Origin: a virus
Lineage: Duplodnaviria > Heunggongvirae > Uroviricota > Caudoviricetes
Strand: one strand, 5' to 3'
DNA length: 31,488 nt
Virus record (IMG/VR): IMGVR_UViG_2778261316_000005
In this document: positions 17,041 through 26,546 of the stretch, one piece after another
Layout: each line of letters begins with the position of its first letter
Numbering within the stretch: position 1 is the first letter of the stretch
Notes under the pieces: model-generated
Databases searched by the model: none
What the model was told of the DNA's origin: nothing
The model's input: the letters and a program-made list of their open reading frames with translations, nothing else
Translations under genes and position numbers: made by a program

Positions 17041-17904
17041 TTATTTTTTATCGGCGGTGCTCTTTTTCGTCGTTGTTTTGCGGGCCGCCGTTTTACGTGT
17101 TGTGTTGCCAGGGTTGCTTTTGGTGGCTGGCTTTTTGGCATCTGGCACCGTCACTTCCGGCGTTGCTGCAGCCTGATCATTACCCCCTTCGCCCCCGCTC
17201 TGGTCTGCGCCCTCACTGTCTGATGCATTTTCCGCAGAGGCCTTTTTCACCTGCCTGGCAAGCTTATCGATCAGTTTTTTCACCCCGGCGCCGGAGTCGA
17301 GATTCAGCGCACGGCGCAACAGCTCCAGCGCAGTCGCCTGTTCATCCGTTGTGCCGTTGCACAATGCAAAAGCGCGGGCTTTATACAGCTTGGCCCGGAC
17401 AACGTCTGGCATATCGCTGTTTTCAGTGATCTCCTGGACCTCATCGAGCACCGCCAGATATGGCTTAACATCAGTGCTGTCATCCGCCTTGACCTGCAAC
17501 AGAATGGGATCGCAAATCTCATCGACCAGCGCTGTCGCTGCCGTGCGGTTAAACCGGTCTGGCATTGCCAGATTGTGCGCGATGACATACCGACCGATGC
17601 GGACGGCCAGTGGATAATCACGAATATCAATCGCCCAAATCATCAGTCGCGTGATCACTTCATCCTGTCGCCCGCTGTCTCCCTCCAGCGTTCCTTCAAT
17701 CCACCCCTCGTAATTGGGTAGCAGCTGGCGTTTAAGCGCGGCTTTTGCCTGTTCGCCCTGAATTTTCTTCAGCGCACTCATATCCATACGCATGCGATGC
17801 AGAATTTGCTCGTGCGCTGTACGCGCCGTTTCTGACAGGTCATCTGCCTTGCCATGGCGCTCAGCCATGACGCGTTGAAAATGTCGTTGTGCCGGTGTCA
17901 GCAT
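17041..17904 (-). CDS. M: terminase endonuclease (small) subunit gpM
   Basis: MLTPAQRHFQRV...MPDVVRAKLYK...GVKK... resembles P2 gpM; start placed at ATG 17904 with a GGGGAAG RBS (ORF track extends to 17994); Lys/Thr-rich C-terminal tail. Confidence 0.85.
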   Translation of the reverse strand: MLTPAQRHFQRVMAERHGKADDLSETARTAHEQILHRMRMDMSALKKIQGEQAKAALKRQLLPNYEGWIEGTLEGDSGRQDEVITRLMIWAIDIRDYPLAVRIGRYVIAHNLAMPDRFNRTAATALVDEICDPILLQVKADDSTDVKPYLAVLDEVQEITENSDMPDVVRAKLYKARAFALCNGTTDEQATALELLRRALNLDSGAGVKKLIDKLARQVKKASAENASDSEGADQSGGEGGNDQAAATPEVTVPDAKKPATKSNPGNTTRKTAARKTTTKKSTADKK

Positions 17905-17950
17905 TGTTTCTTCCCCGATGAACGGCGGGCCGAAGCCCGCCAGTGTGCGG

Positions 17951-19000
17951 TTATGCGCCGCCTTCCGGCGCCTCGGCAAAGGTAATGCCGTCAATGAATG
18001 CGACGTTGCCGTAGTCCTCGATCACAAAGTCATCATTCGATGACTGATAAGTCGCAATACGGTTGTATTCCGGCTCTTCCTTGATCGTCCGGCGCAGTCC
18101 GCCGCGCTGGTAGTACACGGACAGGTTTTTAAACGGCGTGATCAGTACGCCATTGACCGGGAAGTACGGCGCGATAAAGGTCGGCATATTGCCGACACGT
18201 TCCTGCGCGACAATCAGCTGACCGGCCAGCATTTCGGTGTTAGGGTTGGTCTGGCTCATGGCGTTAATCGCCGGGAAGTTGCCGGTGGTCAACAGGTCGC
18301 CCGCCAGGATCACCACGTTGTCAGGATTACGTTTGTGCCATTCATCCATCAGGCTATTTTTGGCGTCGTATACCGCCGCGCCCAGGTTGCCGTAAGTCCC
18401 TTTCGCAATAACCTTGTTATCTTCATCACGCGAGGTGATCGTGACGCCAGAAATCACGCGGTGTGAGGCTTCCGTACGGATTTTCTCCAGCCAGCCGATA
18501 CCACAATCCTGCAACAGCGGGTTAGCCGCGCGGTCTGATGGATCGCTGTATTTGGTGCCGTTGAAACCGATCATGATGCGGTCAAGTGACATCTGGCGAG
18601 CCATCGCCTTGCTGATTAGAGGCTGGAATTCCGGCATATGCGCCCAGGCATCAAGCTGTTCATAGCTGATCCCGTAGTCGTAGTTGACCTTACGGCACAT
18701 GTAATCAAACGGCTCCATTGAATGGTTAGCCCCTGGATTACGACGGTTGGTGGTGCTGTTGTTAACGCCAGCCATCGGGCCTTTGCTGCCAATCAGCACT
18801 TTCTGACCAATCTGCTGATTAACGCCAAACACGTTAATTTTGCTCAGGAAAGAATCACTCTCCTGTGCGGCCTGCTCCATGCGCTGCTGACGCGCCGGGT
18901 CTACCGCAAATTTCGCAGCGACTGCCGCAGCCGATACGCCGTTTAAGCGCGCCTGTTGCGCAATGTACTGATCAAACAGCTGGCGGGTATTGTTTTCCAT
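17951..19000 (-). CDS. N: major capsid protein gpN
   Basis: 349 aa; …MIGFNGTKYSDPSDRAANPLLQD…GWL…NLSVYY… matches P2 gpN. Confidence 0.95.
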   Translation of the reverse strand: MENNTRQLFDQYIAQQARLNGVSAAAVAAKFAVDPARQQRMEQAAQESDSFLSKINVFGVNQQIGQKVLIGSKGPMAGVNNSTTNRRNPGANHSMEPFDYMCRKVNYDYGISYEQLDAWAHMPEFQPLISKAMARQMSLDRIMIGFNGTKYSDPSDRAANPLLQDCGIGWLEKIRTEASHRVISGVTITSRDEDNKVIAKGTYGNLGAAVYDAKNSLMDEWHKRNPDNVVILAGDLLTTGNFPAINAMSQTNPNTEMLAGQLIVAQERVGNMPTFIAPYFPVNGVLITPFKNLSVYYQRGGLRRTIKEEPEYNRIATYQSSNDDFVIEDYGNVAFIDGITFAEAPEGGA

Positions 19001-19023
19001 GTTCTCTGCTCTCGTAGTGGATA

Positions 19024-19857
19024 TCAGTAATCAGCCAGCTGCGCGTTGGCGCCGCCGTTCGCAGGTGGTCGCTGACTGAAGGAAGCTTCAGTGCTCCCCA
19101 GCTTCTGGCGCAGCTCCGCAAGCTCGGTGGTCAGCTTCTGGATAGCGGCCTTATCCTCCTGGCGCTCCTGCTCTGCGGCATTGAAGCGATCAATTTGCTC
19201 GGATTGCGATTGCGCGACCGCCTCAACGACCTGATGCATCTGACTGAAGCGCTGATCGTCCGTTTTCTGACCTTTGCCAATGATGCTCATCACGCGATTA
19301 AACCACTTAACACCTTCATCGCTGTGCTGGGCGGTCAGCTCGATCACCTCTGCTTCAAGCGCTTCGGTGAACATCGGCGCCTCACCCTGCTGGTTATTGA
19401 AGGCCATCACCGATGCACGCTGCTGTGAGGCAAATTTAAGACGCTCAGTACCCAGGCTCGCCGGGGTATCGGTCATTGCCAGACCGACAACATAGGCTTT
19501 GCCGTTGAGGGCAAACTGCGGATGCAGCTCAATACTGGAATAGACTTTTTGCCCTTTGTCGGTCATCTGCACCATGCGCTCAGATGGTTCGATCTCGGCA
19601 TAAAGCGCGGTACGTCCCGCCAGCGCACCTTCGGTGATGTCTTCAGTGCTGAGGGCTACGACATCCCCCATCGCGCCAAAATCGCTGTTCGGGAACATAG
19701 AGAGATAGTGCTCAATGTTGACCCGCGCGCCATACACCTCAGGGTTGTAATTTGCTGCCGCATCGCGAAGGTGCTGCGGTTGAATTTCGCGCCCGTCGAC
19801 GGTATTTCCGGAGACGGCCACGCGAAACTTCTTACGTGGTTTTGCTGTGCCTGCCAT
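19024..19857 (-). CDS. O: capsid scaffolding protein gpO
   Basis: 277 aa; position and composition typical of P2 gpO; divergent from P. Confidence 0.9.
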   Translation of the reverse strand: MAGTAKPRKKFRVAVSGNTVDGREIQPQHLRDAAANYNPEVYGARVNIEHYLSMFPNSDFGAMGDVVALSTEDITEGALAGRTALYAEIEPSERMVQMTDKGQKVYSSIELHPQFALNGKAYVVGLAMTDTPASLGTERLKFASQQRASVMAFNNQQGEAPMFTEALEAEVIELTAQHSDEGVKWFNRVMSIIGKGQKTDDQRFSQMHQVVEAVAQSQSEQIDRFNAAEQERQEDKAAIQKLTTELAELRQKLGSTEASFSQRPPANGGANAQLADY

Positions 19858-19933
19858 GTTCGTTTACTCGCTTGTTTTCTGAGTTCCCGGAGATGATGGC
19901 AGGGGGACGCATTCCCCCTCAACGCGTTGTTGT

Positions 19934-19951
19934 TGTGAGCGGAGCACTACA
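19934..19951. promoter_or_regulatory. TGT-N12-ACA dyad (Ogr-type late promoter activator site) in the divergent O/P intergenic region
   Basis: TGTgagcggagcactACA, roughly 55 bp from plausible transcript starts on both strands. Confidence 0.45.
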
Positions 19952-20017
19952 ACCTAAAGCGAGCGCAAGGGTACGCGCGCGCGGGTTAATCTCCCCGGCA
20001 GGAAGCGAGGAGGATTA

Positions 20018-21739
20018 ATGGCGATTGAAGAAGCATTCATCATGCAGCGTGCACGACAGCTTTACTGGCAGGGCTACCCGCCAGCAGAGATCGCACGCCT
20101 GATGGGGATCAACCAGAACACGGTTTACTCATGGAAAAAGCGAGATGAATGGGACGCCACACCGCCGATCCAGCGCGTGACAACATCCATTGATGCCAGG
20201 CTAATTCAGCTCACTGGCAAAGACAAAAAGACCGGCGGTGATTTCAAAGAGATTGACCTGCTCACCCGTCAGCTGAAAAAGCTGGATAACGGCACAGCGG
20301 CCACCCAGCCGAAGAAAAAGATCCGCAAAAAGCAAAACTATTTCTCAGAGTCGCAGATTGCCGCGTTGAGGGAGAACATTCTCGGCTCTCTGCACTGGCA
20401 CCAGAAAGGGTGGTATGACAATCACCACTGGCGCAACCGTATGATCCTGAAAAGCCGTCAGGTTGGTGCGACGTGGTATTTCGCGCGTGAAGCTCTGGTG
20501 CGCGCCCTGTCTGAGGATGTGAAATACAAGCATCAGCGCAACCAAATCTTTTTATCGGCAAGCCGCCGCCAGGCGTACCAGTTTCGCAGTTTCATTCGCT
20601 CGGCCGCCGAAGAAGTTGATGTGGAGCTTAAGGGCGGCGACATGATCCAGCTGTTCAACGGCGCCGAGCTGCATTTTCTTGGCACGTCAGCGGCTACCGC
20701 TCAGTCATACACGGGCAACCTGTATTTCGACGAATTCTTTTGGGTAGGCCAGTTTGCCAACCTGAAAAAAGTCGCGGGCGCTATGGCAACGCTAAAAGGC
20801 CTTACGCGTACCTATTTCTCCACCCCTTCAGCTGAAAGCCATGAGGCTTATCCATTCTGGACAGGTGAAGCATTTAACAAAGGTCGCAGCCATGGCAAGC
20901 GCATTGAGTTTGATACATCCTGGAAAACGCTTAACAGCGGCCTGATGTGCCCGGACAAGATCTGGAGGCAGATTGTCACGTTGCAGGATGCTATCGACCA
21001 TGGATGGGATCTGACTGATATCGACGAAATCCGGGAAGAGAACAGCCCGGAGGAATACGACAACCTGTACGGATGCCAGTTCATCAAAAGCGGTGAAAGC
21101 GCCTTTGACTATAACAGGCTACTGGCATGCGGCGCTGATGGTTATGACGACTGGCCCGACTGGCGGCCATATGCGGCCCGCCCCATGGCTGATCGTCCCG
21201 TCTGGATTGGCTACGACCCGAACGGCGCCAGCGGCAAGGGGGACAGTGGAGCCATATCCGTTAACGCTGTGCCGATGGTGCCCGGCGGCAAGTTCCGCAC
21301 GATTGAGACACTACGCATACGAGGGATGGAGTTCGAAGAGCAGGCCAATCTCATTATCGGCATGCTCACCCGGTACAACGTGCAGCACATTGGGATCGAT
21401 GGCACCGGTATTGGTGAAGCGGTTTATCAGCTGGTTAAAAAGCATTTCCCGGCAGCGGTTTGTTATCAGTTCTCACCGTCCAGCAAGCGAATGCTCGTGC
21501 TGAAGATGCAACAGCTGATTCGTGGCGGGCGCTGGGAGTTTGATCGTGGTGAGCTTGACCTGGTTGGTGCATTCAACTCTGTCCGCAAGATCGTTACCCC
21601 TGGAGGCGTTGTCACTTACGACACGGACCGCTCTCGCGGCGTCAGTCATGGCGATCTCGCATGGGCGACGATGCTTGCCACCATTAACGAACCGCTGGGA
21701 CAAGAAGGCGGCAGCAGTATGACAGTTACGGAGTATTAA
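20018..21739 (+). CDS. P: terminase ATPase (large) subunit gpP
   Basis: 573 aa; N-terminus ...LYWQGYPPAEIARLMG...SGGDFKEIDLLTRQL matches P2 gpP; GAGGAGG RBS. Confidence 0.95.
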   Translation: MAIEEAFIMQRARQLYWQGYPPAEIARLMGINQNTVYSWKKRDEWDATPPIQRVTTSIDARLIQLTGKDKKTGGDFKEIDLLTRQLKKLDNGTAATQPKKKIRKKQNYFSESQIAALRENILGSLHWHQKGWYDNHHWRNRMILKSRQVGATWYFAREALVRALSEDVKYKHQRNQIFLSASRRQAYQFRSFIRSAAEEVDVELKGGDMIQLFNGAELHFLGTSAATAQSYTGNLYFDEFFWVGQFANLKKVAGAMATLKGLTRTYFSTPSAESHEAYPFWTGEAFNKGRSHGKRIEFDTSWKTLNSGLMCPDKIWRQIVTLQDAIDHGWDLTDIDEIREENSPEEYDNLYGCQFIKSGESAFDYNRLLACGADGYDDWPDWRPYAARPMADRPVWIGYDPNGASGKGDSGAISVNAVPMVPGGKFRTIETLRIRGMEFEEQANLIIGMLTRYNVQHIGIDGTGIGEAVYQLVKKHFPAAVCYQFSPSSKRMLVLKMQQLIRGGRWEFDRGELDLVGAFNSVRKIVTPGGVVTYDTDRSRGVSHGDLAWATMLATINEPLGQEGGSSMTVTEY

Positions 21740-21741
21740 CC

Positions 21742-22794
21742 TTGAGCAAACAAAGACCCACACGCGGCAGGAAGTATGCCAGGGAGCAGGCAGATCTCGC
21801 CGCCTCACTGAAAGCGTCACCGGAGCTGAACTCATTCACCTTCGACGGCCCATGGCCGGTGAGTGGTGCCAGCGACCTGCTTGATAACATGTATTGCGCA
21901 GACAACGGGCGATACTACGAAACCCCTATTGACTGGTATGGCCTCGCCCGTCAGTTTGGCTATGCGAGCTGGCACCAGTCGGCGCTTTATTTCAAGCGCA
22001 ATGTCCTTGCCGGATGCTTTATCCCGCACAAACTTCTTTCCCGCCAGGTGTTCTCCGCCTTCGCACTGGACTGGTTTGTCTTCGGGAATGGCTATCTTGA
22101 GATGCGAAAAAACTGGCTTGGTGGTTCCTTTGGCTTTCGTCACTCGCTGGCGAAATACACACGCCGTGGTTCTGACCTGGACACTTACTGGTTTATTCAG
22201 GCCGGGCTACAGGATCACATGTTTTCAACGGGTTCGGTATGTCACGTTCTCAGCCCGGATATTCACCAGGAAATATACGGCATGCCTGAGTATTTCGCTG
22301 GCCTGCTGTCTGCAAACCTGGCCCATTCTGCTGACAAGTTCAGAAAGCTCTACTACGACAACGGCTCGCACGCTGGCTGCATCGTCTACGTTAACAGCGC
22401 GATGGCCGACCAGGAGAGCCTTGATAAGCTCAAAAAGACGCTGACGGATACCCGGCGCGGCGGGGCGTTTAAGAACATCCTTCTGCACGCACCTAACGGC
22501 GGCAAAGACTCCGTGCAAATACTGCCATTCAGCCAGATATCGGCTAAGGATGAGTTTGTGGGGGTGAAGTCTTCCACCCGCGATGACATGCTGGCAGCGC
22601 ACCGGGTGCCGCCGCAACTGATGGGAGCCATTCCGGAAGGGAACGGTTCATTCGGTGATATTGAGAAAGCGGCTCGCGTGTTCGCCGTCAACGAGCTGAC
22701 ACCCTGTATGGAGGCCATGAAGCATGTTAACGACTGGCTGGGTGAGGAGGTGATTCGCTTCAACCCTTACGCATTGCTTGAACCCACGAAGTAA
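21742..22794 (+). CDS. Q: portal protein gpQ
   Basis: 350 aa directly downstream of P; probable TTG start 9 nt after GGAG. Confidence 0.9.
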   Translation: MSKQRPTRGRKYAREQADLAASLKASPELNSFTFDGPWPVSGASDLLDNMYCADNGRYYETPIDWYGLARQFGYASWHQSALYFKRNVLAGCFIPHKLLSRQVFSAFALDWFVFGNGYLEMRKNWLGGSFGFRHSLAKYTRRGSDLDTYWFIQAGLQDHMFSTGSVCHVLSPDIHQEIYGMPEYFAGLLSANLAHSADKFRKLYYDNGSHAGCIVYVNSAMADQESLDKLKKTLTDTRRGGAFKNILLHAPNGGKDSVQILPFSQISAKDEFVGVKSSTRDDMLAAHRVPPQLMGAIPEGNGSFGDIEKAARVFAVNELTPCMEAMKHVNDWLGEEVIRFNPYALLEPTK

Positions 22795-23027
22795 TCTCCT
22801 GGCCGCATCGTCATTTCTGGCGGTGCGGTACCACCCTCAGCACCATCATTTCCGGCCATATCGGCCACTCGCGAAACACAAATAAACCACACCCCCTACC
22901 AGACGCAGCCAGCGGGCTTCTGGCGCGACTTCTCTCGCGCTGCCGCTTCGCTCAACCATCAACATGAGCGCCCGACAGGCGGCGAATGGCGGATGATATG
23001 ACCCCCTGCCTGACCCCCTTTGCGCGC

Positions 23028-23047
23028 GCTTGCTCCCCCGCCTCGCC
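23028..23047. other. cos site (P2-type 19-nt cohesive end region), intact in the prophage
   Basis: Minus-strand reading GGCGAGGCGGGGGAGCAAGC closely resembles the P2 cohesive end GGCGAGGCGGGGAAAGCAC; located between Q and the early region as expected. Confidence 0.6.
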
Positions 23048-23066
23048 TGCGCGCTAAACCGACCTC

Positions 23067-23170
23067 TTTTTGTGCACTTTGTGCAGGCCGCCCAGGCCCC
23101 GCCAGCGCTGGGGCGGCATGGAAAAAACGTTGTTTCAAAAATTGTGCAAATTTGTGCAACTTTTTGCATC
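23067..23170. repeat. cos-proximal direct repeats of TTGTGCA (putative terminase recognition, cosB-like)
   Basis: Four to five copies (tttgtgcac, tttgtgcag, attgtgcaa, tttgtgcaa, ttttgcat) within about 100 bp next to cos; ACCCCCT-type repeats on the other side (22890-23020). Confidence 0.5.
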
Positions 23171-23185
23171 CGCGCGGCCCCATTT

Positions 23186-23422
23186 TTACACCTGATCAAC
23201 CTCGCCGAGCGCCACCATGATCGCCAGGCGTTCGGCAGGCGGTAACGCTGCAAATTTTTCCTTCCAGCGCTGCGCTTTTCGCTTAATTCGATAGCGATCA
23301 TTGTAATTTTTACCTGCAAAAGTATGCGGATAAGCGCGCCCCTCCTGGTAGTTCATCCAGATTTTCTCCGTCCTCACCCCGCCGCGCGTCATTGCCTGAA
23401 ATTCTTTGCTGCGCCAGCCCAC
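23186..23422 (-). CDS. hypothetical protein at the position of the P2 tin/old accessory locus
   Basis: 78 aa ORF between the A-linked small gene and cos; no recognisable family; basic. Confidence 0.4.
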   Translation of the reverse strand: MGWRSKEFQAMTRGGVRTEKIWMNYQEGRAYPHTFAGKNYNDRYRIKRKAQRWKEKFAALPPAERLAIMVALGEVDQV

Positions 23423-23495
23423 TAACGTTTCGTCATAAAGCTGCGACGGATAGCCAGAAAGGATAACGCTGACGTTCTCCGGCAGACCAGCGCCC

Positions 23496-23711
23496 TCACA
23501 GCTTCATCAGGTTTTTGATCACAATCCTGGTGACAAGGCTGTTGTTCTGCTTAGCTTTTTCCAGGATATAAGCGCAATGCTGGTCTTTAAGCTCATCTGG
23601 ATTGACACATTGCCCCGCCCCATGCTCAACGGTTACCGATCCATTGCCGTTATAAACAATGCGCCCTTCTGCGTCGTACCCTTCGAAGTAGCTGATATAA
23701 CTTGATTTCAT
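23496..23711 (-). CDS. hypothetical protein translationally coupled to the 3' end of gene A
   Basis: 71 aa; ATGA overlap with the A stop. Confidence 0.5.
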   Translation of the reverse strand: MKSSYISYFEGYDAEGRIVYNGNGSVTVEHGAGQCVNPDELKDQHCAYILEKAKQNNSLVTRIVIKNLMKL

Positions 23712-26365
23712 TTTCGCTCCTTAGCATCAATCCCGGCTTTTCGCTTAGCCGCCTTCTTCCAGCGCGTGACCAGGTCACACACCGCCATATATTCAGACGT
23801 CGGTTTATCTTTCTCACCGGCACGCCATGCCTTCACTTCCTGCAACCGGCCATTGCTCATGGCGATCAGTCCACCGCCGTGGCGAACGCGGGCACCGCCA
23901 GCAATCGACCTCACAACGTCATCGCTGACGAAAATCCTGCAACTACGCAGCTGCGCGCCGATGCTGGCGATGGTTTCCTGGCTGACTCCGCCTTGTTTCG
24001 CAGCCTCTCTTTTCTGTACCTGCCGCAGTGCCGCTTCGGCTTTTTTCTTCTGATATTCCGCAACAGCTGCGGCATAGTTATCCGCACGCCGCTCCGCTTC
24101 AGTCCGCAGCTGTTGCCGCCAGCGCTGTTCTGCCTCTTCCGGTGTCAGGCTCATATCTTTCGCAGCGACCACTTTTGGCCCCCACGCCAACGCAGTTTCA
24201 TCATCAACAGACGTGCGTAGGCCGCGCGCGGTACGCTCGAAGGCATGATCTGAGCTTTCGCGGCCAATGTTTTTCAATCTGCTGGTGATTTCCTGCCGCT
24301 GCTGGCGTGAATATCGGCGCAAATCTTCGATATTCAGCGGAAGTTCTGTCATCTGACTGTCCGGGTGATCAATACCGGCATGCATCGTCGGTTTTGACGG
24401 TGTGGTACCAGCTGGCACCGCCACTTTTAACGGTGGTTTTTCGTCCGTTCTGGAGCGCCCCGTACAGTTATTGACAGAACTCCGAGGGGCCGCTGCGCGG
24501 CCTTCTAAGGTCAAAATCTCGACCGGCGACGGCTTACGCTTCGGCACAATCTTGTAATCGGTGGTGCGGGTGAAAATGACGGATTCGCTGCCCGTATAAG
24601 GGCAATAAACGCCAGTAATTTTGGCGACCGTGTCACCATAATCATTGCCGTTTTCGGTGAATTCATAGTTAAGCCGAACGCGCAGGCAATCGCGCGCGAC
24701 AAATGGCCCGCCCTGAGCATTGGTATATCCCGGCCAGTCTGGCGCATCGGCTGCGGCGCGTGCCGCTTCCAGCTCCGGATGCAATACCAGCTCGCGGTCA
24801 CCTAACCGGCGCAGCTCCCGCCAGGTGGTCACCGGCGCGCCGCCAATCTGCTGAAACTGGCGGATATTCCAGCGTGAAGCCCAGGCACGCACGCGCTTTG
24901 CCATATCCCTGACTGGCTGGCCTGATTCAAGATCAAGCTCACCATCCATGCCGTATCCGTCGATATTTTTGGAAATGTATTTGGCGATGTAGCCCGTCGC
25001 CGAACCAAATTGCTCGTCGATTGGCTTAACGGTAAAGCGGTGCTCCTGTGCCCCCGGCTCCTGCCCGTCTTCTCTCATGGCATGCTTACGGAAAATGGCT
25101 GTTGCATAATCCACTTCCTCAGGACGGAGGAAGAGCAACAGGTGCCAGTGAGGGGTTCCATCGTGGTGTGGCTCTGCAACACGAAAACCAAACGTGCGGA
25201 TACCTTCGCGACTCCATTTGGCTCTGACGCGCGCCCAGACTTTGCAAAGGTATTTTTGCGTCTGCCGCGGGCTGACGTGCTGGTACTTATCGTTTCGTCT
25301 GCCTGACTGGACATGCGTTGAGTGGTAACGCGACGGCGCTGTCAGTGTGTAGAACATGCCAACCAGCCCCATTTCATTCGCCATATCCTCAAATCCGCGC
25401 ATGCGCACCATCAGCTCATGCCGCGCGATCTTCGGGTTGGAAACACTACCCATCACCTTATCCAGTAATGAGCTGCGCTCGCCAGTGTCCTGGTCTTCCA
25501 GCTCCATCGCCTGAAGGAATTCGAAGTTCGCTTTTTTCTGCGCCACCCATTCCCTGAAGCAGGGATCAGAGCAATATGGTGAAGCCACTTTGCTGACGTA
25601 GCCGGTCGCGATCATTAGATGTTCGCGCCAGCAGTCATGGATGCGGCGGATTTTGTTAAGCCACCATTTTTCGGAATGAAGTCTGCCGGCGGCACGCAGC
25701 GCCTCGTCGGCGTCCAGTTCTTCGTCGCAATAACGCGCCCACCCTGGGATCGCGATATTGAGCGTCGCCGCTTTGCTCGCTATAGCCCCGTACGCGTAAA
25801 TCGACGAAAACTCGAGATCGGATGTTTGCTCATACTGAAAATCAAACTCGCGCATAAACTCGCTTTTCATCAGGTTCGCAAGCTTATACGCCAGTCTTTT
25901 CAGGCGCTTTTTGTCCGCCCACGGCAGCAGGTGAAATTCATCACGCAGCGGAAGAAGAAGCGCCGGGAGCGTACTTTGTGGGAGGTATTGCGCGTTAACC
26001 GCATCAACACGGCGTAAGACATGCCGCTCAAACGTACCGAACAGCCAACGCACGACGTCTTTTGGCTTGCTGCGTTCGAGGTTTTCAAGGTGCTGCGAGA
26101 AGCGCTTACGGATAAACGCCGGGAGCGTTTGCACCCGGCGGCGGAGGTAGTTAGCGCGGCCATTTCGATCAAATGCCTCACGCGCATCGCCCTCGCGCGG
26201 GCGCAATGGCGCGCGGTATACCGTATCAACCAGATCACCATAAGCGAGCGCCCTGCGCTCGCCTTTCGGTGTCAGATACTCAATGGCTGAACTTTCGGTT
26301 TTATGGGGGTTGATGGCCTGCCGTTTGGTATTCCATTCCCATGCTAAGACGGTGAGATCTGACAT
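23708..26365 (-). CDS. A: replication initiation protein gpA (rolling-circle nicking endonuclease)
   Basis: 885 aa; HUH motif region ...VAEPHHDGTPHWHLLLF... and active-site tyrosine region ...GYIAKYISKNIDGY... as in P2 gpA. Confidence 0.9.
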   Translation of the reverse strand: MSDLTVLAWEWNTKRQAINPHKTESSAIEYLTPKGERRALAYGDLVDTVYRAPLRPREGDAREAFDRNGRANYLRRRVQTLPAFIRKRFSQHLENLERSKPKDVVRWLFGTFERHVLRRVDAVNAQYLPQSTLPALLLPLRDEFHLLPWADKKRLKRLAYKLANLMKSEFMREFDFQYEQTSDLEFSSIYAYGAIASKAATLNIAIPGWARYCDEELDADEALRAAGRLHSEKWWLNKIRRIHDCWREHLMIATGYVSKVASPYCSDPCFREWVAQKKANFEFLQAMELEDQDTGERSSLLDKVMGSVSNPKIARHELMVRMRGFEDMANEMGLVGMFYTLTAPSRYHSTHVQSGRRNDKYQHVSPRQTQKYLCKVWARVRAKWSREGIRTFGFRVAEPHHDGTPHWHLLLFLRPEEVDYATAIFRKHAMREDGQEPGAQEHRFTVKPIDEQFGSATGYIAKYISKNIDGYGMDGELDLESGQPVRDMAKRVRAWASRWNIRQFQQIGGAPVTTWRELRRLGDRELVLHPELEAARAAADAPDWPGYTNAQGGPFVARDCLRVRLNYEFTENGNDYGDTVAKITGVYCPYTGSESVIFTRTTDYKIVPKRKPSPVEILTLEGRAAAPRSSVNNCTGRSRTDEKPPLKVAVPAGTTPSKPTMHAGIDHPDSQMTELPLNIEDLRRYSRQQRQEITSRLKNIGRESSDHAFERTARGLRTSVDDETALAWGPKVVAAKDMSLTPEEAEQRWRQQLRTEAERRADNYAAAVAEYQKKKAEAALRQVQKREAAKQGGVSQETIASIGAQLRSCRIFVSDDVVRSIAGGARVRHGGGLIAMSNGRLQEVKAWRAGEKDKPTSEYMAVCDLVTRWKKAAKRKAGIDAKERK

Positions 26366-26372
26366 ACACCAC

Positions 26373-26546
26373 CTAAACCGTCACTGTGTCACCGGGCTGA
26401 ACCTGGCGAGCATCTTTTTCGGTATCACGGATAATGGTCGTACGGCTGTACCTGCCCCAGCTCAACACCTCCACCTCAACGATCCAGAAATGGCGGTATG
26501 GGCGAACGTCGAGCACGCGAGTGATCACTGCATCAACTGTGTTCAT
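26373..26546 (-). CDS. small hypothetical early protein (57 aa), immediately upstream of A
   Basis: ATG overlapping the stop of the upstream gene (ATGA); ends 10 nt before the A start; below the ORF-track size cut-off. Confidence 0.45.
   Translation of the reverse strand: MNTVDAVITRVLDVRPYRHFWIVEVEVLSWGRYSRTTIIRDTEKDARQVQPGDTVTV

Noticed and set aside
22846-23319. 157-aa minus-strand ORF and several overlapping 60-75 aa ORFs spanning the cos region
   Set aside because: They run straight across the cos site and its repeats; Arg/Ala-rich low-complexity translation; P2 has no gene across cos.
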